Sequence record: DRR378314_1792
Direction: 5' to 3' (one strand)
DNA length: 64,000 nt
Positions 50,979-62,145 of the stretch are shown here, piece after piece. A model generated the notes under the pieces. That model was not told the DNA's origin, made no database searches, and worked only from the letters and a program-made list of their open reading frames with translations. Made by a program: the position numbers and the translations under genes. Position 1 is the stretch's first letter; each line of letters begins with the position of its first letter.

Positions 50979-52895
50979 ATGGCTAAAGTAATTGGTATTG
51001 ACCTGGGTACCACAAATTCCTGTATTGCTGTGATGGATGGTAAAGATCCAAAGGTAATCGAGAATTCTGAAGGTGCCCGCACAACCCCCTCAATGGTTGC
51101 TTTCACAGATGATGGAAAACTGGTCGGTCAGGCTGCAAAACGGCAGGCTGTGACCAACCCATCCGATACTCTGTTTGCAATCAAGCGTCTGATCGGTCGC
51201 CGGTTTGACGACAAAACAACACAAAAAGATAAAGGTATGGTTCCCTACGACATTGTCAAAGCTGACAATGGCGATGCATGGGTTCAAGCCAAAGGTGAAA
51301 AATACTCTCCAAGTCAGATTTCTGCTTTCATTCTGCAGAAGATGAAAGAAACTTCGGAAGACTATTTGGGCGAGCCTGTCACACAGGCCGTGATTACTGT
51401 TCCTGCTTACTTTAACGATGCGCAGCGCCAGGCAACAAAAGATGCCGGTAAAATTGCGGGTCTGGAAGTGCTTCGGATCATCAACGAGCCGACAGCAGCC
51501 GCACTTGCGTATGGCATGGACAAAACCGACCAGAAAATTGCGGTCTTTGATTTGGGCGGCGGTACGTTTGACGTTTCAATTCTTGAAATTGGTGACGGCG
51601 TTTTTGAAGTTCAGTCAACCAATGGTGACACATTCCTCGGCGGTGAGGACTTTGACCTGACGCTGGTAGATTACCTTGCGGATGAGTTCAAAAAAGAGAA
51701 CGGCATTGACCTTCGCTCTGATAAACTTGCGCTGCAACGTCTTAAAGAAGCGGCTGAGAAAGCGAAAATTGAGCTTTCCTCTTCGCAGGCTACTGACGTC
51801 AATCTGCCGTTTATTACTGCTGACGCATCCGGTCCGAAACATCTGCAGGTCAAATTGACCCGTTCCCAGTTTGAAAATCTGGTCAGCGAGCTGATCCAGC
51901 GGACATTGCCACCTTGTGAGAAAGCGCTAAAAGATGCGGGTCTCAAAAAAGGTGAAATCGATGAGGTGATCCTTGTTGGTGGTATGAGCCGTATGCCGAA
52001 GGTCCAGGAAATCGTAAAAGAATTCTTTGGCCGGGAACCTCATAAAGGTGTGAACCCTGACGAAGTGGTCGCCATGGGCGCCGCTATTCAGGCCGGTGTG
52101 CTGCAAGGTGACGTGAAAGACGTTCTTCTGCTGGACGTGACACCACTTTCTCTGGGCATTGAAACACTGGGCGGCGTTTTCACCCGTCTGATTGATCGGA
52201 ATACAACAATTCCGACCAAGAAGAGCCAAACATTCTCAACAGCTGAAGACAATCAGTCTGCTGTAACCATCCGGGTCTTCCAGGGTGAACGTGAAATGGC
52301 TGCAGACAATAAGTTGCTCGGTAACTTCGACCTCTCAGACATCCCTTCAGCACCGCGTGGTGTTCCACAAATTGAAGTGACCTTTGATATTGATGCCAAC
52401 GGTATCGTGAATGTTTCCGCGAAAGATAAAGGAACTGGAAAAGAGCAAAAAATCCAGATCCAGGCCTCAAGCGGTCTTAGCGACACTGACATTGAGCAAA
52501 TGGTCAAGGATGCCGAAGAGCATGCTGCCGAAGACAAAGCCCGCAAGGAAAAAGTCGAGGTTCAGAACCAGGCGGAAAGCCTGATCCACACGACTGAAAA
52601 AACCCTTGCTGATATGGGTGACAAACTTGGCGACGACGTTAAAGGCCCTGTTCAGACTGCACTGAATGAGCTTAAAGAAGTCAAAGACTCCGACGATACA
52701 AATGTGATCAAGGAGAAAATGGAAGCGCTGCAACAAGCCTCCATGAAACTTGGCGAAGCTGTCTATGCACAAAGTCAGGCTGAAGAAGGTGGCGAAGCCC
52801 CTTCAGAGGAAGCTGGCGAAAGCAGTTCAGCTGCCGATGATGATGTTGTCGATGCCGACTTTGAAGAAGTCGATGAAGACAAGAAAGACAAATAA
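50979..52895 (+). CDS. dnaK: Chaperone DnaK
   Basis: [25 protein letters not shown], terminal DADFEEV. Confidence 0.99.
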   Translation: MAKVIGIDLGTTNSCIAVMDGKDPKVIENSEGARTTPSMVAFTDDGKLVGQAAKRQAVTNPSDTLFAIKRLIGRRFDDKTTQKDKGMVPYDIVKADNGDAWVQAKGEKYSPSQISAFILQKMKETSEDYLGEPVTQAVITVPAYFNDAQRQATKDAGKIAGLEVLRIINEPTAAALAYGMDKTDQKIAVFDLGGGTFDVSILEIGDGVFEVQSTNGDTFLGGEDFDLTLVDYLADEFKKENGIDLRSDKLALQRLKEAAEKAKIELSSSQATDVNLPFITADASGPKHLQVKLTRSQFENLVSELIQRTLPPCEKALKDAGLKKGEIDEVILVGGMSRMPKVQEIVKEFFGREPHKGVNPDEVVAMGAAIQAGVLQGDVKDVLLLDVTPLSLGIETLGGVFTRLIDRNTTIPTKKSQTFSTAEDNQSAVTIRVFQGEREMAADNKLLGNFDLSDIPSAPRGVPQIEVTFDIDANGIVNVSAKDKGTGKEQKIQIQASSGLSDTDIEQMVKDAEEHAAEDKARKEKVEVQNQAESLIHTTEKTLADMGDKLGDDVKGPVQTALNELKEVKDSDDTNVIKEKMEALQQASMKLGEAVYAQSQAEEGGEAPSEEAGESSSAADDDVVDADFEEVDEDKKDK

Positions 52896-52939
52896 GGCCG
52901 AGTGATCCAATACCGGGTTACGACCTGAATTGCAACGAA

Positions 52940-52970
52940 CCGCTCCGGCCTGATTTTCAGACCGGGGCGG
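52940..52970 (+). terminator. GC-rich hairpin between dnaK and dnaJ (partial terminator or stabiliser)
   Basis: CCGCTCCGG-c-CTGA-ttt-TCAG-a-CCGGGGCGG; weak U tail. Confidence 0.55.
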
Positions 52971-52991
52971 CATTTGGTTGAGTAGGACCTT

Positions 52992-54122
52992 ATGGAAAAA
53001 CGCGACTATTATGAAGTTCTCGGGGCCTCAAAAGATGCCGATGCAGCGGTATTGAAAAAAGCCTACCGGAAAATGGCTATGCAATACCACCCGGATCGCA
53101 ATCCGGGAGATCCAGAGGCCGAGACCAAATTCAAAGAAATCAACGAAGCGTACGAAGTGCTGGGCGACGAGCAGAAACGTGCGGCTTATGACCAATACGG
53201 ACATGCAGCCTTCGAAGGGGGCATGGGCGGTGGCGGCATGGGTGGCATGGGAGCCGGTGGTTTCTCTGACATCTTTGAAGATCTGTTTGGCGATTTCATG
53301 GGCGGACGAAGAGCTGGCGGCGGCAATGGACAACGCCGCGGATCTGATCTGCGCTACAACATGGAAATCACGCTGGAAGAAGCGTATCAGGGCAAAGAAA
53401 CTGAAATTAAGATTCCGACCTCAGTTGAATGCGATGAATGCGAGGGAAGCGGTGCTGCCGAAGGCTCTTCTCCTGTCAATTGTGGGACCTGCCAGGGGCA
53501 TGGGAAGGTCCGCGCGCAACAAGGCTTTTTCACGATTGAGCGCACATGCCCAACCTGTCACGGTCAAGGCCGGGTCATCGAAAAACCTTGCAAAAAATGC
53601 CGCGGTGAAGGCCGAATTCACAAAGAAAAAACCCTGTCCATCAATATCCCCGCAGGCGTAGATGATGGGAATCGGATCCGCCTTTCTGGTGAAGGAGAGA
53701 TGGGTCTTCGCGGTGGTCCGCCAGGTGATCTATATATTTTTCTATCCGTTTCCGACCATCGAATTTTTCAGCGGGATGGCCAGAATTTACATTGTCGGGT
53801 TCCAATCCCGATGACAACGGCCGCCCTTGGTGGTGAAGTTGAAGTCCCAACCTTGGATGGCGCCCGGGCAAAGGTCTCCATCACCCCAGGTTCCCAATCT
53901 GGTCGGAAATTCCGGTTGCGGGGCAAAGGGATGCCCATTATGAATTCCTCTGAAAATGGGGACATGTATATCCACACCATCGTTGAAACCCCGGTTAATC
54001 TGACGAAACGTCAGAAAGAACTCCTCAAGGAATTTGAGTCTGAAAGCGAGGATGGTCATAACCCGGAGAGTGAAGGTTTCTTCTCCCGGGTCAAAGATTT
54101 CCTGGCTGATCTCAAAGAATAG
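52992..54122 (+). CDS. dnaJ: Chaperone DnaJ
   Basis: HPD J-domain, G/F region, four CxxCxGxG repeats. Confidence 0.98.
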   Translation: MEKRDYYEVLGASKDADAAVLKKAYRKMAMQYHPDRNPGDPEAETKFKEINEAYEVLGDEQKRAAYDQYGHAAFEGGMGGGGMGGMGAGGFSDIFEDLFGDFMGGRRAGGGNGQRRGSDLRYNMEITLEEAYQGKETEIKIPTSVECDECEGSGAAEGSSPVNCGTCQGHGKVRAQQGFFTIERTCPTCHGQGRVIEKPCKKCRGEGRIHKEKTLSINIPAGVDDGNRIRLSGEGEMGLRGGPPGDLYIFLSVSDHRIFQRDGQNLHCRVPIPMTTAALGGEVEVPTLDGARAKVSITPGSQSGRKFRLRGKGMPIMNSSENGDMYIHTIVETPVNLTKRQKELLKEFESESEDGHNPESEGFFSRVKDFLADLKE

Positions 54123-54132
54123 CAATTCGAGT

Positions 54133-54160
54133 AAGGACCCCTCGCCAGAGGGGTTCTTTC
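54133..54160 (+). terminator. Intrinsic terminator after dnaJ
   Basis: AAGGACCCCTC-gcca-GAGGGGTTCTTTC. Confidence 0.7.
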
Positions 54161-54205
54161 ATGATAAACCCTTTCCCGGTTTAACTTGAAGCTGAGGGAA
54201 GACAA

Positions 54206-55021
54206 ATGAGTGACATGAAAATCGGTATTGTCGGATGTGGTGGACGCATGGGCAGAATGCTGGTCAAACAGGTTACTCAAACCAGGGGCTGTGCTGTTTG
54301 CGGGGGAACAGAACCCGAAGGATCTCCGTTCATTGGGGAAGATATCGGGAAACTGGCCGGACTTGAGGATCTCAACATCGCAATCACCGATGATCCGATT
54401 GCCCTGTTTGAAGCCGCAGATGCGGTTATTGATTTCACCTCTCCGAAAGCAACCCTCTCTCATGCCCAGATAGCAGCCGAGAAACAGAAAATCCTGGTGA
54501 TCGGAACCACTGGCCTGTCCAATGACGAACAGACCAAGATAATTGAAGCCGGAAAAGCCGGCGCGACCATCGTCCAGGGTGCCAATATGAGCCTGGGGGT
54601 CAATCTGCTGGCCCAGCTGACCAAAAAAGTCGCGTCCATACTGGATGAGGATTTTGATATTGAAGTGCTGGAGATGCATCACCACCACAAGGTCGACGCC
54701 CCCTCCGGTACCGCATTGCTGCTCGGCAAAGCCGCAGCTGAAGGCCGCGGCGTTGATCATGACACGGTCGCTGATCGGGGCCGAGACGGCATTACAGGCG
54801 CCCGTAAAAGAGGTGACATCGGCTATGCTGTTCTGCGCGGCGGAAATGTTGTGGGTGACCACACAGTGATGTTTGCCGCTGAAAACGAAATTATCGAAAT
54901 TTCCCATAAAGCTGGTGATCGCGCTATCTTCGCACGCGGTGCGGTTCGCGCCGCCCTTTGGGCAAATGGCAAACCAGCCGATACCTATGACATGATGGAT
55001 GTGCTGGGTCTGGGTGACTAA
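54206..55021 (+). CDS. dapB: 4-hydroxy-tetrahydrodipicolinate reductase
   Basis: GCGGRMG, IGTTG, EMHHHHKVDAPSGTA, FARGA. Confidence 0.96.
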   Translation: MSDMKIGIVGCGGRMGRMLVKQVTQTRGCAVCGGTEPEGSPFIGEDIGKLAGLEDLNIAITDDPIALFEAADAVIDFTSPKATLSHAQIAAEKQKILVIGTTGLSNDEQTKIIEAGKAGATIVQGANMSLGVNLLAQLTKKVASILDEDFDIEVLEMHHHHKVDAPSGTALLLGKAAAEGRGVDHDTVADRGRDGITGARKRGDIGYAVLRGGNVVGDHTVMFAAENEIIEISHKAGDRAIFARGAVRAALWANGKPADTYDMMDVLGLGD

Positions 55022-55503
55022 GCGTAGGAGGGATTTCGATACCGGTGGAGCGCCATTTTCAGCTCCTCCGCCACATCCTCTTTCTCATCGGGAATAAGAA
55101 ACTGTCCAAATTCGATTAAGTCGGTTCGGCATCTGATGTAAAGTCGCTCTTTCTCCTGCTTGACGCGGCACCAATAAGCATCAAAACAAACATCTTTGCT
55201 TTTTCCCTTGGGATCTATGGTGCGAAAGATCAGTTGGCCCTCTTTAATTTCAATAATCTGAGCCCGTCTTGCGGATTTAAAATTGGCCTTGAACGCCCAA
55301 TAAATGAGAAGCACATCCAGACCAAAAAAACCGAATATAGGCCAGGCGCCCATAACCACAAAAACCATCCCGGCGACAAAACTGATACCGCACAAGCTAA
55401 CCATAAAAATAAAAAAGCCCCGTTCGCTTAAGCTCCGATGTGGATGCAAAAACAGCGAATAGTGATCATCTTTATAAGTACTTTCAATCGAGCTGGTTTC
55501 CAT
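55018..55503 (-). CDS. DUF2244 integral membrane protein
   Basis: LHPHRSL, GAWPIFGFFGLD, FGQFL; divergent from nth. Confidence 0.85.
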   Translation of the reverse strand: METSSIESTYKDDHYSLFLHPHRSLSERGFFIFMVSLCGISFVAGMVFVVMGAWPIFGFFGLDVLLIYWAFKANFKSARRAQIIEIKEGQLIFRTIDPKGKSKDVCFDAYWCRVKQEKERLYIRCRTDLIEFGQFLIPDEKEDVAEELKMALHRYRNPSYA

Positions 55504-55567
55504 TATCCCTCTCCGGTTGAAGAAAAGATCATTGCACAGCATCAGCAGCTATGCCAATAACATCCTT

Positions 55568-56206
55568 ATGAAAAAAGCGGACATCGAAGAATTTTTCAAG
55601 CGACTGAGTGACGCAAATCCTGAGCCCAAAGGGGAGCTGGACTACGTCAATCCGTTCACCCTGCTGGTTGCTGTTGTTCTGTCCGCGCAGGCCACCGATG
55701 TCGGTGTCAACAAAGCGACAGGACCTTTATTTGCAATCGCCGACACCCCTGAGAAAATGCTCGCCCTTGGTGAAGATACTGTCCGTGATTATGTTAAATC
55801 CATTGGCCTCTACAAAACCAAAGCAAAAAATGTCATCAAACTCTGTGAGGCCCTGATCCGCGACCACGGCAGCGAAGTCCCCCAAACCCGGGAAGAGCTG
55901 GAAAAACTGGCCGGGGTCGGCCGAAAAACTGCGAATGTGGTTCTCAACATTGCCTTTGGGCATACGACAATTGCGGTCGACACACATTTGTTCCGGCTTG
56001 GCAATCGCACCGGAATTGCGCCCGGCAAGACCCCATTAGAAGTCGAAAAGAAACTTGAAAAACGAATTCCTAAAACTTACCTTCGCCATGCTCATCACTG
56101 GTTAATTCTGCATGGGCGCTATGTTTGCAAAGCTCGCAAACCAGACTGTCCCGCCTGCATTGTTGAAGATCTTTGCAAATTTAAAGGCAAGACAACGTCA
56201 GCTTAA
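55568..56206 (+). CDS. nth: Endonuclease III
   Basis: VLSAQATD, GVGRKTANV, AVDTH, CKARKPDCPAC..LC 4Fe-4S motif. Confidence 0.96.
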   Translation: MKKADIEEFFKRLSDANPEPKGELDYVNPFTLLVAVVLSAQATDVGVNKATGPLFAIADTPEKMLALGEDTVRDYVKSIGLYKTKAKNVIKLCEALIRDHGSEVPQTREELEKLAGVGRKTANVVLNIAFGHTTIAVDTHLFRLGNRTGIAPGKTPLEVEKKLEKRIPKTYLRHAHHWLILHGRYVCKARKPDCPACIVEDLCKFKGKTTSA

Positions 56207-56713
56207 AGACTTGAGCTTTTCAAAACCGACCCGGCGCAATTGACTTCGAAAGCATCGCTTTTCAGCTATTTCCTTGGGTGCTTCGCGATCATTCATGGCG
56301 TAATAACTGACCTTTAACCCATCATCTTCCACATCCGGATAGAAAACCAGATGCAAGGCACAGCTCGCCGTCAGATATTGCCACACTTCGGCAGGGCTAT
56401 CTTTTCGCCGCAATTTCGGTGGTCCCAGAAGCGCCAGAATATCGGCAACCGACTTACCTTTGAGGATCGAAATAGACGGGATCTCAACCTCCGGCTCAGC
56501 CTTTAATACCTCTTTTTCTGAAACGTCTGGCTTTTCTGGAAGGGCGGCAACCTCTTCCGATTTTTCAACCGGTGTCGTCTGCGTTGAGGTTGCGGGTGTA
56601 GATATACCGGCCTTGTCAGGTGTGCTGTCAGCCGTTTTATGTGCGTTTTCAGTTGTCGCGCCACACGCACTTAACAGTATAGCGCTGACAACCACCCCCA
56701 AAAATTGCTTCAT
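56198..56713 (-). CDS. Hypothetical lipoprotein
   Basis: Lipobox LSAC, LLGPP..RRKDSPAEVWQY...C. Confidence 0.75.
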   Translation of the reverse strand: MKQFLGVVVSAILLSACGATTENAHKTADSTPDKAGISTPATSTQTTPVEKSEEVAALPEKPDVSEKEVLKAEPEVEIPSISILKGKSVADILALLGPPKLRRKDSPAEVWQYLTASCALHLVFYPDVEDDGLKVSYYAMNDREAPKEIAEKRCFRSQLRRVGFEKLKSLS

Positions 56714-57429
56714 GACACCTTGATCAGGGCGTTTCCAGAACTGGAATGGACCCGCTTTTTATATAAATGCACCATGGTTGCCGTGGCAATTATCGGAACG
56801 ATCAGATTGAGGATCGGGATCGTCATGCAAAAAGCAATGGCAACGCCGGTCAAAAAGAGTTCCATATTGCCGATTTTCCGAAGCCGGTTGACGATCCTCA
56901 TCTCATGATGACGAACTGCAACCTGCTGAAAAAACTCCCGGCTCAACAGATATCCGTTCAACAGATAATAAACGAAAAGATTCACGACAGGGATCAGGTA
57001 AAGAGGCAACACGATAATGTTGCAAATCAGGATAACTGCGAAAAATTTCAAAGCATCATAGATACTGGACCAAAGCGGAATGTCTCTGGAAATCGGATCT
57101 TGCGGATAGTGTTTTTCTTCAACTGCATCGGCGATATCATCCAGAAATATGCCGATAACAGCACTCATCGCCAAGGGGAATATAATCACCGCAACAACCA
57201 GCGCGCCAACCCCGCTCATCACTTCTATGATACTATTTAGCCAATCCCAATCTGTTGCCGGGATCAATCCTGCCAATTGCAAAACAACGATAAAAGTCAG
57301 AATCTGTGCCGCAATGGCATAGACAAGTGATTTTACAATTACAGACCGAAATGCCGGATCCGTAAGCTGCATCAAAGCTTTATTAATGGCTGAGATCAAG
57401 AGATGCCCCCAAATTCTGTAGAAAGACAT
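56710..57429 (-). CDS. EI24/CysZ-like membrane protein
   Basis: FLDDIADAVE.KHYP, NGYLLSREFF, IPILNL. Start uncertain. Confidence 0.82.
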   Translation of the reverse strand: MSFYRIWGHLLISAINKALMQLTDPAFRSVIVKSLVYAIAAQILTFIVVLQLAGLIPATDWDWLNSIIEVMSGVGALVVAVIIFPLAMSAVIGIFLDDIADAVEEKHYPQDPISRDIPLWSSIYDALKFFAVILICNIIVLPLYLIPVVNLFVYYLLNGYLLSREFFQQVAVRHHEMRIVNRLRKIGNMELFLTGVAIAFCMTIPILNLIVPIIATATMVHLYKKRVHSSSGNALIKVS

Positions 57430-57477
57430 CCATCATGTAGGAATTTTTCGGGCCTGATGCAAATTCTTTCCGCGTCA

Positions 57478-58887
57478 TTATCTTGGATCCCTGGGCACCA
57501 TGTGATGAAAACCATGTGCCTGCTCAAATAAATGAGCGGCCTGAAGAACCAGATCCTCCCGATGGGCTGGGCCAACAATCTGCAACCCGACAGGTAGACC
57601 CGATTTTGTCATCCCGCACGGGATTGAGATTGCAGGACAGCTTGTGTTGGTAATCAGATATGTCTGCGCCAGCCAGGCGATGTAATTATCAAATGCCACA
57701 CCGTTCACTTCTGACAAAGACCGTATTTCATGATCAAATGGGGGTACCATGACGGTTGGCGTCAGTAACAAATCATAGCGGGTAAAGAAATCAGAAGCCC
57801 GATGGAACAATTTACCCTGCTCCCGCAGGGCCCAACCAATTTCATTGGCAGTCAGCTTCAAACCCGCTTCGATATTCCAGATGACATCGTCTTTCAGCTT
57901 ATCCCGATCAGTGTCAAGTTTAGGCCCATGTGCTGCGGCAAACTGGGCAGCGCGCAAAACCTGAAACACATCATGTTGGTTCGAAAGATCAAAACAGTCT
58001 TCATCAACGTCGCCCACAAAATCTGCAAAGGCGAGGGCCGCCTTTTCACAGATTTGCGCAACCTCCGTATCAATTGGGTTCAGACCCAGATCCGGACTGT
58101 AAGCCACACGGTTGAAGCGGGGCGGCTCTGCCAGTTTTTCAAGATAGGAATAACCCGGTGCGGGCATACTGATGGGATCCAACGGATCTTCGCCCACCAT
58201 CATATCCAGCATCAACGCAACATCAGCAACGGTACGTCCCATCGGTCCTTCAACGGAGTGCTGACCAAATGGCAAAGCCGAGGGGCCATGGGCACATCGG
58301 CCAGGTGACGGGCGCAGGCCGACAACGCCGGCAAAGCTTGCCGGAATGCGAAGGCTTCCGCCAAGATCACTTCCTTGCGCCAGCCAAACCTGCCCAGCGG
58401 CCAGTGCCGCAGCAGACCCACCAGAAGACCCACCGGGTGTCGTTGTTATATCCCAGGGATTTGTTGTCGTCCCCAAAACGTCGTTAAATGTCTGGGCTCC
58501 TGCGCCGAATTCCGGGGTGTTCGCCTTGCCCACCACGACCGCGCCGCGGGCTTCAAGGCGCTTGACCATCACATCAGAATGGGTCGCGATCTGATCAGCA
58601 AATATGGGAGATCCAAGCGTAAATCGCACCCCTTCAACGGCGGTCAAATCCTTGATGGCAATGGGAAGTCCATAAAGATAGGTTTTTGGATCTTCCGGAG
58701 AATTTTCCATCACTTTGACCGCGTGCGCACGGGCCCGATCAAAACACAAAGTGGGCATCGCATTCACAGCGCCATCAGTTTCCCCAATTCGCTTTTCAGA
58801 AGCGTCAATTAACTCAAGCGGGGATACCTCGCCTGTCTTGAGCTTCTCTACTGCTTGAAGGGCAGTCAGTTTAATTAAATCATCCAT
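57478..58887 (-). CDS. Amidase signature family protein
   Basis: GLPIAIKD, GGSSGGSAAA, GSDLGGSLRIPA, GLPVGLQ. Confidence 0.92.
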   Translation of the reverse strand: MDDLIKLTALQAVEKLKTGEVSPLELIDASEKRIGETDGAVNAMPTLCFDRARAHAVKVMENSPEDPKTYLYGLPIAIKDLTAVEGVRFTLGSPIFADQIATHSDVMVKRLEARGAVVVGKANTPEFGAGAQTFNDVLGTTTNPWDITTTPGGSSGGSAAALAAGQVWLAQGSDLGGSLRIPASFAGVVGLRPSPGRCAHGPSALPFGQHSVEGPMGRTVADVALMLDMMVGEDPLDPISMPAPGYSYLEKLAEPPRFNRVAYSPDLGLNPIDTEVAQICEKAALAFADFVGDVDEDCFDLSNQHDVFQVLRAAQFAAAHGPKLDTDRDKLKDDVIWNIEAGLKLTANEIGWALREQGKLFHRASDFFTRYDLLLTPTVMVPPFDHEIRSLSEVNGVAFDNYIAWLAQTYLITNTSCPAISIPCGMTKSGLPVGLQIVGPAHREDLVLQAAHLFEQAHGFHHMVPRDPR

Positions 58888-58989
58888 AAATTTATTCTCG
58901 GCCAAACCGCCTCAATTGTACAGCCCGGCTTGCGGAAATAAAGCAGATGTCTATACTCCGCCTCGGCTTAATCCAGACCAGGAGCATCT

Positions 58990-59982
58990 ATGACTGAGAC
59001 AAAATTTGACACCACCTGCATTGGCAATGCCATCGTCGACGTAATTAGCAAGGTAGATGATACCTTTCTGGAGGCCGAAAATCTGGTCAAAAACTCCATG
59101 AACCTAATCGATGAGGCGCGCGCAGAAGATCTATATGCGAAAATGGGCTCTGCTGTTGAAATATCAGGTGGCTCGGCTGGCAATACAGCAGCAGGTGTTG
59201 CCTCCCTTGGGGGACGCAGCAATTATGTCGGCAAGGTCAAACAGGATCAACTGGGTGATATCTTCACTCATGACATTCAGGCGATGGGTGTCACTTATGA
59301 AACCCGGAAAAGTGTGGACGGTGCCGCTACGGCCCGTAGTTTCATCCTCGTCACACCTGATGCCCACCGCACCATGAACACGTATCTTGGTGCCTGCGTT
59401 GAACTGAGCCCGGAAGATATCAACGCGGATGATATTGCAAGCTCGGCTGTGACCTATATGGAAGGATACCTTTGGGATCCTGAAGGCGGAAAAGCAGCCT
59501 TTCGAAAAGCTGCGCAAATCGCCCATGAAGCGGATCAACGCGTGTCATTAACCCTCTCCGACAGTTTCTGTGTGGATCGGTATCGGGATGAATTTAAAAC
59601 CTTCATAACTGACGGCGTTGATATTCTCTTTGCCAATGAGGATGAGATTAAATCTCTGTGTCAGACCGACGAGCTTCAGGTCGCAATTGACGCCATCCGC
59701 CCACACGTCGAAATCGCCTGTATCACGCGAAGTGCAGAAGGCTCCCTGATCTTACAGGCTGATCAATCTATCGAAATTGCCGCTGATCGCAGTGTTGAAG
59801 TTATCGATACAACAGGCGCTGGTGATCTGTATGCGTCCGGATTTCTCTATGGATTTACAAATGGATACAGTCTGGCTGAAAGCGGTGCGATCGCCTCATT
59901 GGCGGCTGCAGAAGTGATCAGCCACGTCGGCGCACGCCCGGCAACCGACCTCAAGGAACTTGTGAGAAGCCGCCTCAAATAA
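58990..59982 (+). CDS. PfkB-family carbohydrate/adenosine kinase
   Basis: GNAIVD, GGSAGNT, MEGYLWD, DTTGAGDLYA. Confidence 0.9.
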   Translation: MTETKFDTTCIGNAIVDVISKVDDTFLEAENLVKNSMNLIDEARAEDLYAKMGSAVEISGGSAGNTAAGVASLGGRSNYVGKVKQDQLGDIFTHDIQAMGVTYETRKSVDGAATARSFILVTPDAHRTMNTYLGACVELSPEDINADDIASSAVTYMEGYLWDPEGGKAAFRKAAQIAHEADQRVSLTLSDSFCVDRYRDEFKTFITDGVDILFANEDEIKSLCQTDELQVAIDAIRPHVEIACITRSAEGSLILQADQSIEIAADRSVEVIDTTGAGDLYASGFLYGFTNGYSLAESGAIASLAAAEVISHVGARPATDLKELVRSRLK

Positions 59983-60056
59983 TTGTTATTACGCGGCTTT
60001 TTCTTGACAGCTGCATCGGTTGAGAACACCCTTGAAACAAGCTCCAAGGGTACATC

Positions 60057-61763
60057 ATGACATCAACCGATACTGAGACAGAACCTAAACGCTCAGGCCG
60101 CTTTAAGGTGAGGGCGGAGACCGTTCGCCTTTATAGCGGTCTCACCCTCATGCTGTTTCTTGTCACGCATCTGCTGAACCACGCACTTGGGCTAATTTCA
60201 TTAGAAGCTTTGGAAGCAGGCCGGGTCATTTTTGCAGCTATCTGGCGAAGCCTGCCAGGCACAGTTATTCTACTCGCTGCAATTATCCTGCACTTGTTGC
60301 TGACCACCCAACGCCTGTTGATGCACCGATCTTTTCGGCGAATTCCGCCTAAGGAAATTTTGCAGATTATTCTGGGCCTCGCCATTCCACCGCTGATGGT
60401 CGGACATATTATTGGGACCCGGATCGCCCATGAAATGTTTGGGATTACCGATAGTTATTCCTATGTCCTTTACTCCATCTGGATTGCCTCTCCAATCGAG
60501 TCTCTCTTGCAAACGGCGGGATTACTTGTCGCCTGGGTTCATGGATGTCTGGGCATTCATTTCTGGCTTCGCCTTAAATCCTGGTATGAACAGGCAAGCC
60601 CCTACCTTTATGCAACAGCAATTATATTGCCTCTGATGGCGCTCTGTGGGTTGCTTCTGGGGGCCAATTTGGTGGAAATTCATGCTCAGGATAGCGCCTG
60701 GCGGCAAACCCTATTTGACAGCCTCGCCCTGACCCAGGACGATATCAACTTTGCACTGTCCCTTCGCCAAACCGGCCTGAAAACCATGATCGGTATCCTT
60801 TTCATTCTGTTGGTAAGCCGGATTTTCTGGTTCCTGCATTTCCGAAAAGATCGAATGATTATCGTAACCTACCCCAATGGCAAAAAAGTTTCAGCACCTC
60901 CGGGAACGACTATTCTGGAGGCTAGCCAGATGGGCGGAATACCTCATGCCTCCGTCTGCGGTGGCCGTGGGCGATGCTCCACCTGCCGGGTCAGGATCAG
61001 CACTGGCAATGACAATCTGGACCCACCAAGCGACGAGGAGCTATCCGTTCTGAAACGCGTCGGCGCAATTGAAGGGACCCGGCTTGCCTGTCAGGTGGCC
61101 GCCATGACAGATTTGACGGTCACACCCCTGTTGAGTGATCGGGCCAATCATCGCTCTTCTTTCTCTAAGCCCAAATATTTGCAAGGACGGGAAAAGGAGA
61201 TTGCCATCCTTTTTGCGGACCTTCGCGCTTTTACCAAATTTTCCGAGGCCAAGCTGCCCTATGATGTCGTGTTCATCATAAATCAGTATTTCCGCCACAT
61301 GGGGGAGGCGATCGAGAAAGCGGGCGGACATCTGGACAAGTTTATCGGGGACGGGGTTATGGCCCTTTTCGGGCTTGAAGAGAGCACAGATGTTGCCGCG
61401 AAACAGGCTTTAAGTGCCGCCCATGAAATGGCCTTGGCGCTGCAAGCCCTGAACATTGATTTGCAACCTGACCTACAGGAACCCTTAAAAATAGGAATTG
61501 GAATACATATCGGCCATACAATTATCGGAGAAATGGGCTACGGGCAGGCAACCTCTGTTACGGCCATTGGCGATGCGGTAAATACAGCAAGTCGGCTTGA
61601 AGCCATGAATAAAGAATATTCAAGCGAGCTTATTTTCTCAGACCGGGTTGCCCGCAAAGCCGGCTTCACGGGGCCCTCACAACAGGAGGAAATTAAGGTC
61701 AGGGGCCGGAATGAGCCCCTGCAAATTCATATCATCCAGGATGCCAAAACCCTGAAACTGTAG
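60057..61763 (+). CDS. Membrane haem-anchor plus 2Fe-2S plus class III adenylate cyclase (CyaC-type)
   Basis: TM His motifs (HLLNHALG, ILH, GHIIGTR, WVHGCLGIH), CGGRGRCSTC...RLAC, FADLRAFT, DKFIGDG, GDAVNTASRLE. Confidence 0.9.
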   Translation: MTSTDTETEPKRSGRFKVRAETVRLYSGLTLMLFLVTHLLNHALGLISLEALEAGRVIFAAIWRSLPGTVILLAAIILHLLLTTQRLLMHRSFRRIPPKEILQIILGLAIPPLMVGHIIGTRIAHEMFGITDSYSYVLYSIWIASPIESLLQTAGLLVAWVHGCLGIHFWLRLKSWYEQASPYLYATAIILPLMALCGLLLGANLVEIHAQDSAWRQTLFDSLALTQDDINFALSLRQTGLKTMIGILFILLVSRIFWFLHFRKDRMIIVTYPNGKKVSAPPGTTILEASQMGGIPHASVCGGRGRCSTCRVRISTGNDNLDPPSDEELSVLKRVGAIEGTRLACQVAAMTDLTVTPLLSDRANHRSSFSKPKYLQGREKEIAILFADLRAFTKFSEAKLPYDVVFIINQYFRHMGEAIEKAGGHLDKFIGDGVMALFGLEESTDVAAKQALSAAHEMALALQALNIDLQPDLQEPLKIGIGIHIGHTIIGEMGYGQATSVTAIGDAVNTASRLEAMNKEYSSELIFSDRVARKAGFTGPSQQEEIKVRGRNEPLQIHIIQDAKTLKL

Positions 61764-61766
61764 ACG

Positions 61767-62141
61767 CTAGGCATCCATCCCGCGCGCCATACTGCCCTCT
61801 TTGATCCTTGTACCGCCCATGATGTGAACATGAAAATGAGGGACAATCTGCCCCGCATTCTCTCCGTTATTTGTCACCATCCGATACCCTTGATCATGCA
61901 CACCAAGGCTGCGCGCAATTTCACCAACCTTGGCAAAAAAGTTACCAATTTCAACGGCGGTCGCGTTGGCCGCAAAGTCATCCATGTCTATATAATCGCT
62001 CTTTGGGATAACCAGGACATGAACCGGGGTTTTCGGCGCGATATCATGAAAGGCGAGGATATTCTCATCCTCATAGACCGTGTTATTGGGGATTTCCCCT
62101 CTGAGGATCTTTGCAAAAATATTTTCGGTATCATATGCCAT
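61767..62141 (-). CDS. hinT: HIT-family nucleotide-binding protein
   Basis: NIFAKILRGEIP, HVLVIPK, GQIVPHFHVH. Confidence 0.9.
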   Translation of the reverse strand: MAYDTENIFAKILRGEIPNNTVYEDENILAFHDIAPKTPVHVLVIPKSDYIDMDDFAANATAVEIGNFFAKVGEIARSLGVHDQGYRMVTNNGENAGQIVPHFHVHIMGGTRIKEGSMARGMDA

Positions 62142-62145
62142 GATC

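Noticed and set aside
53216-53260. GGCATGGG-type short repeats in dnaJ
   Set aside because: Ordinary Gly/Met-rich G/F linker coding sequence.
54056-54907. 283-aa antisense ORF over dapB, and similar long antisense ORFs over nrdJ, lysA, gshB, hrcA and the amidase
   Set aside because: Shadow frames of well-conserved genes, with no motifs of their own.
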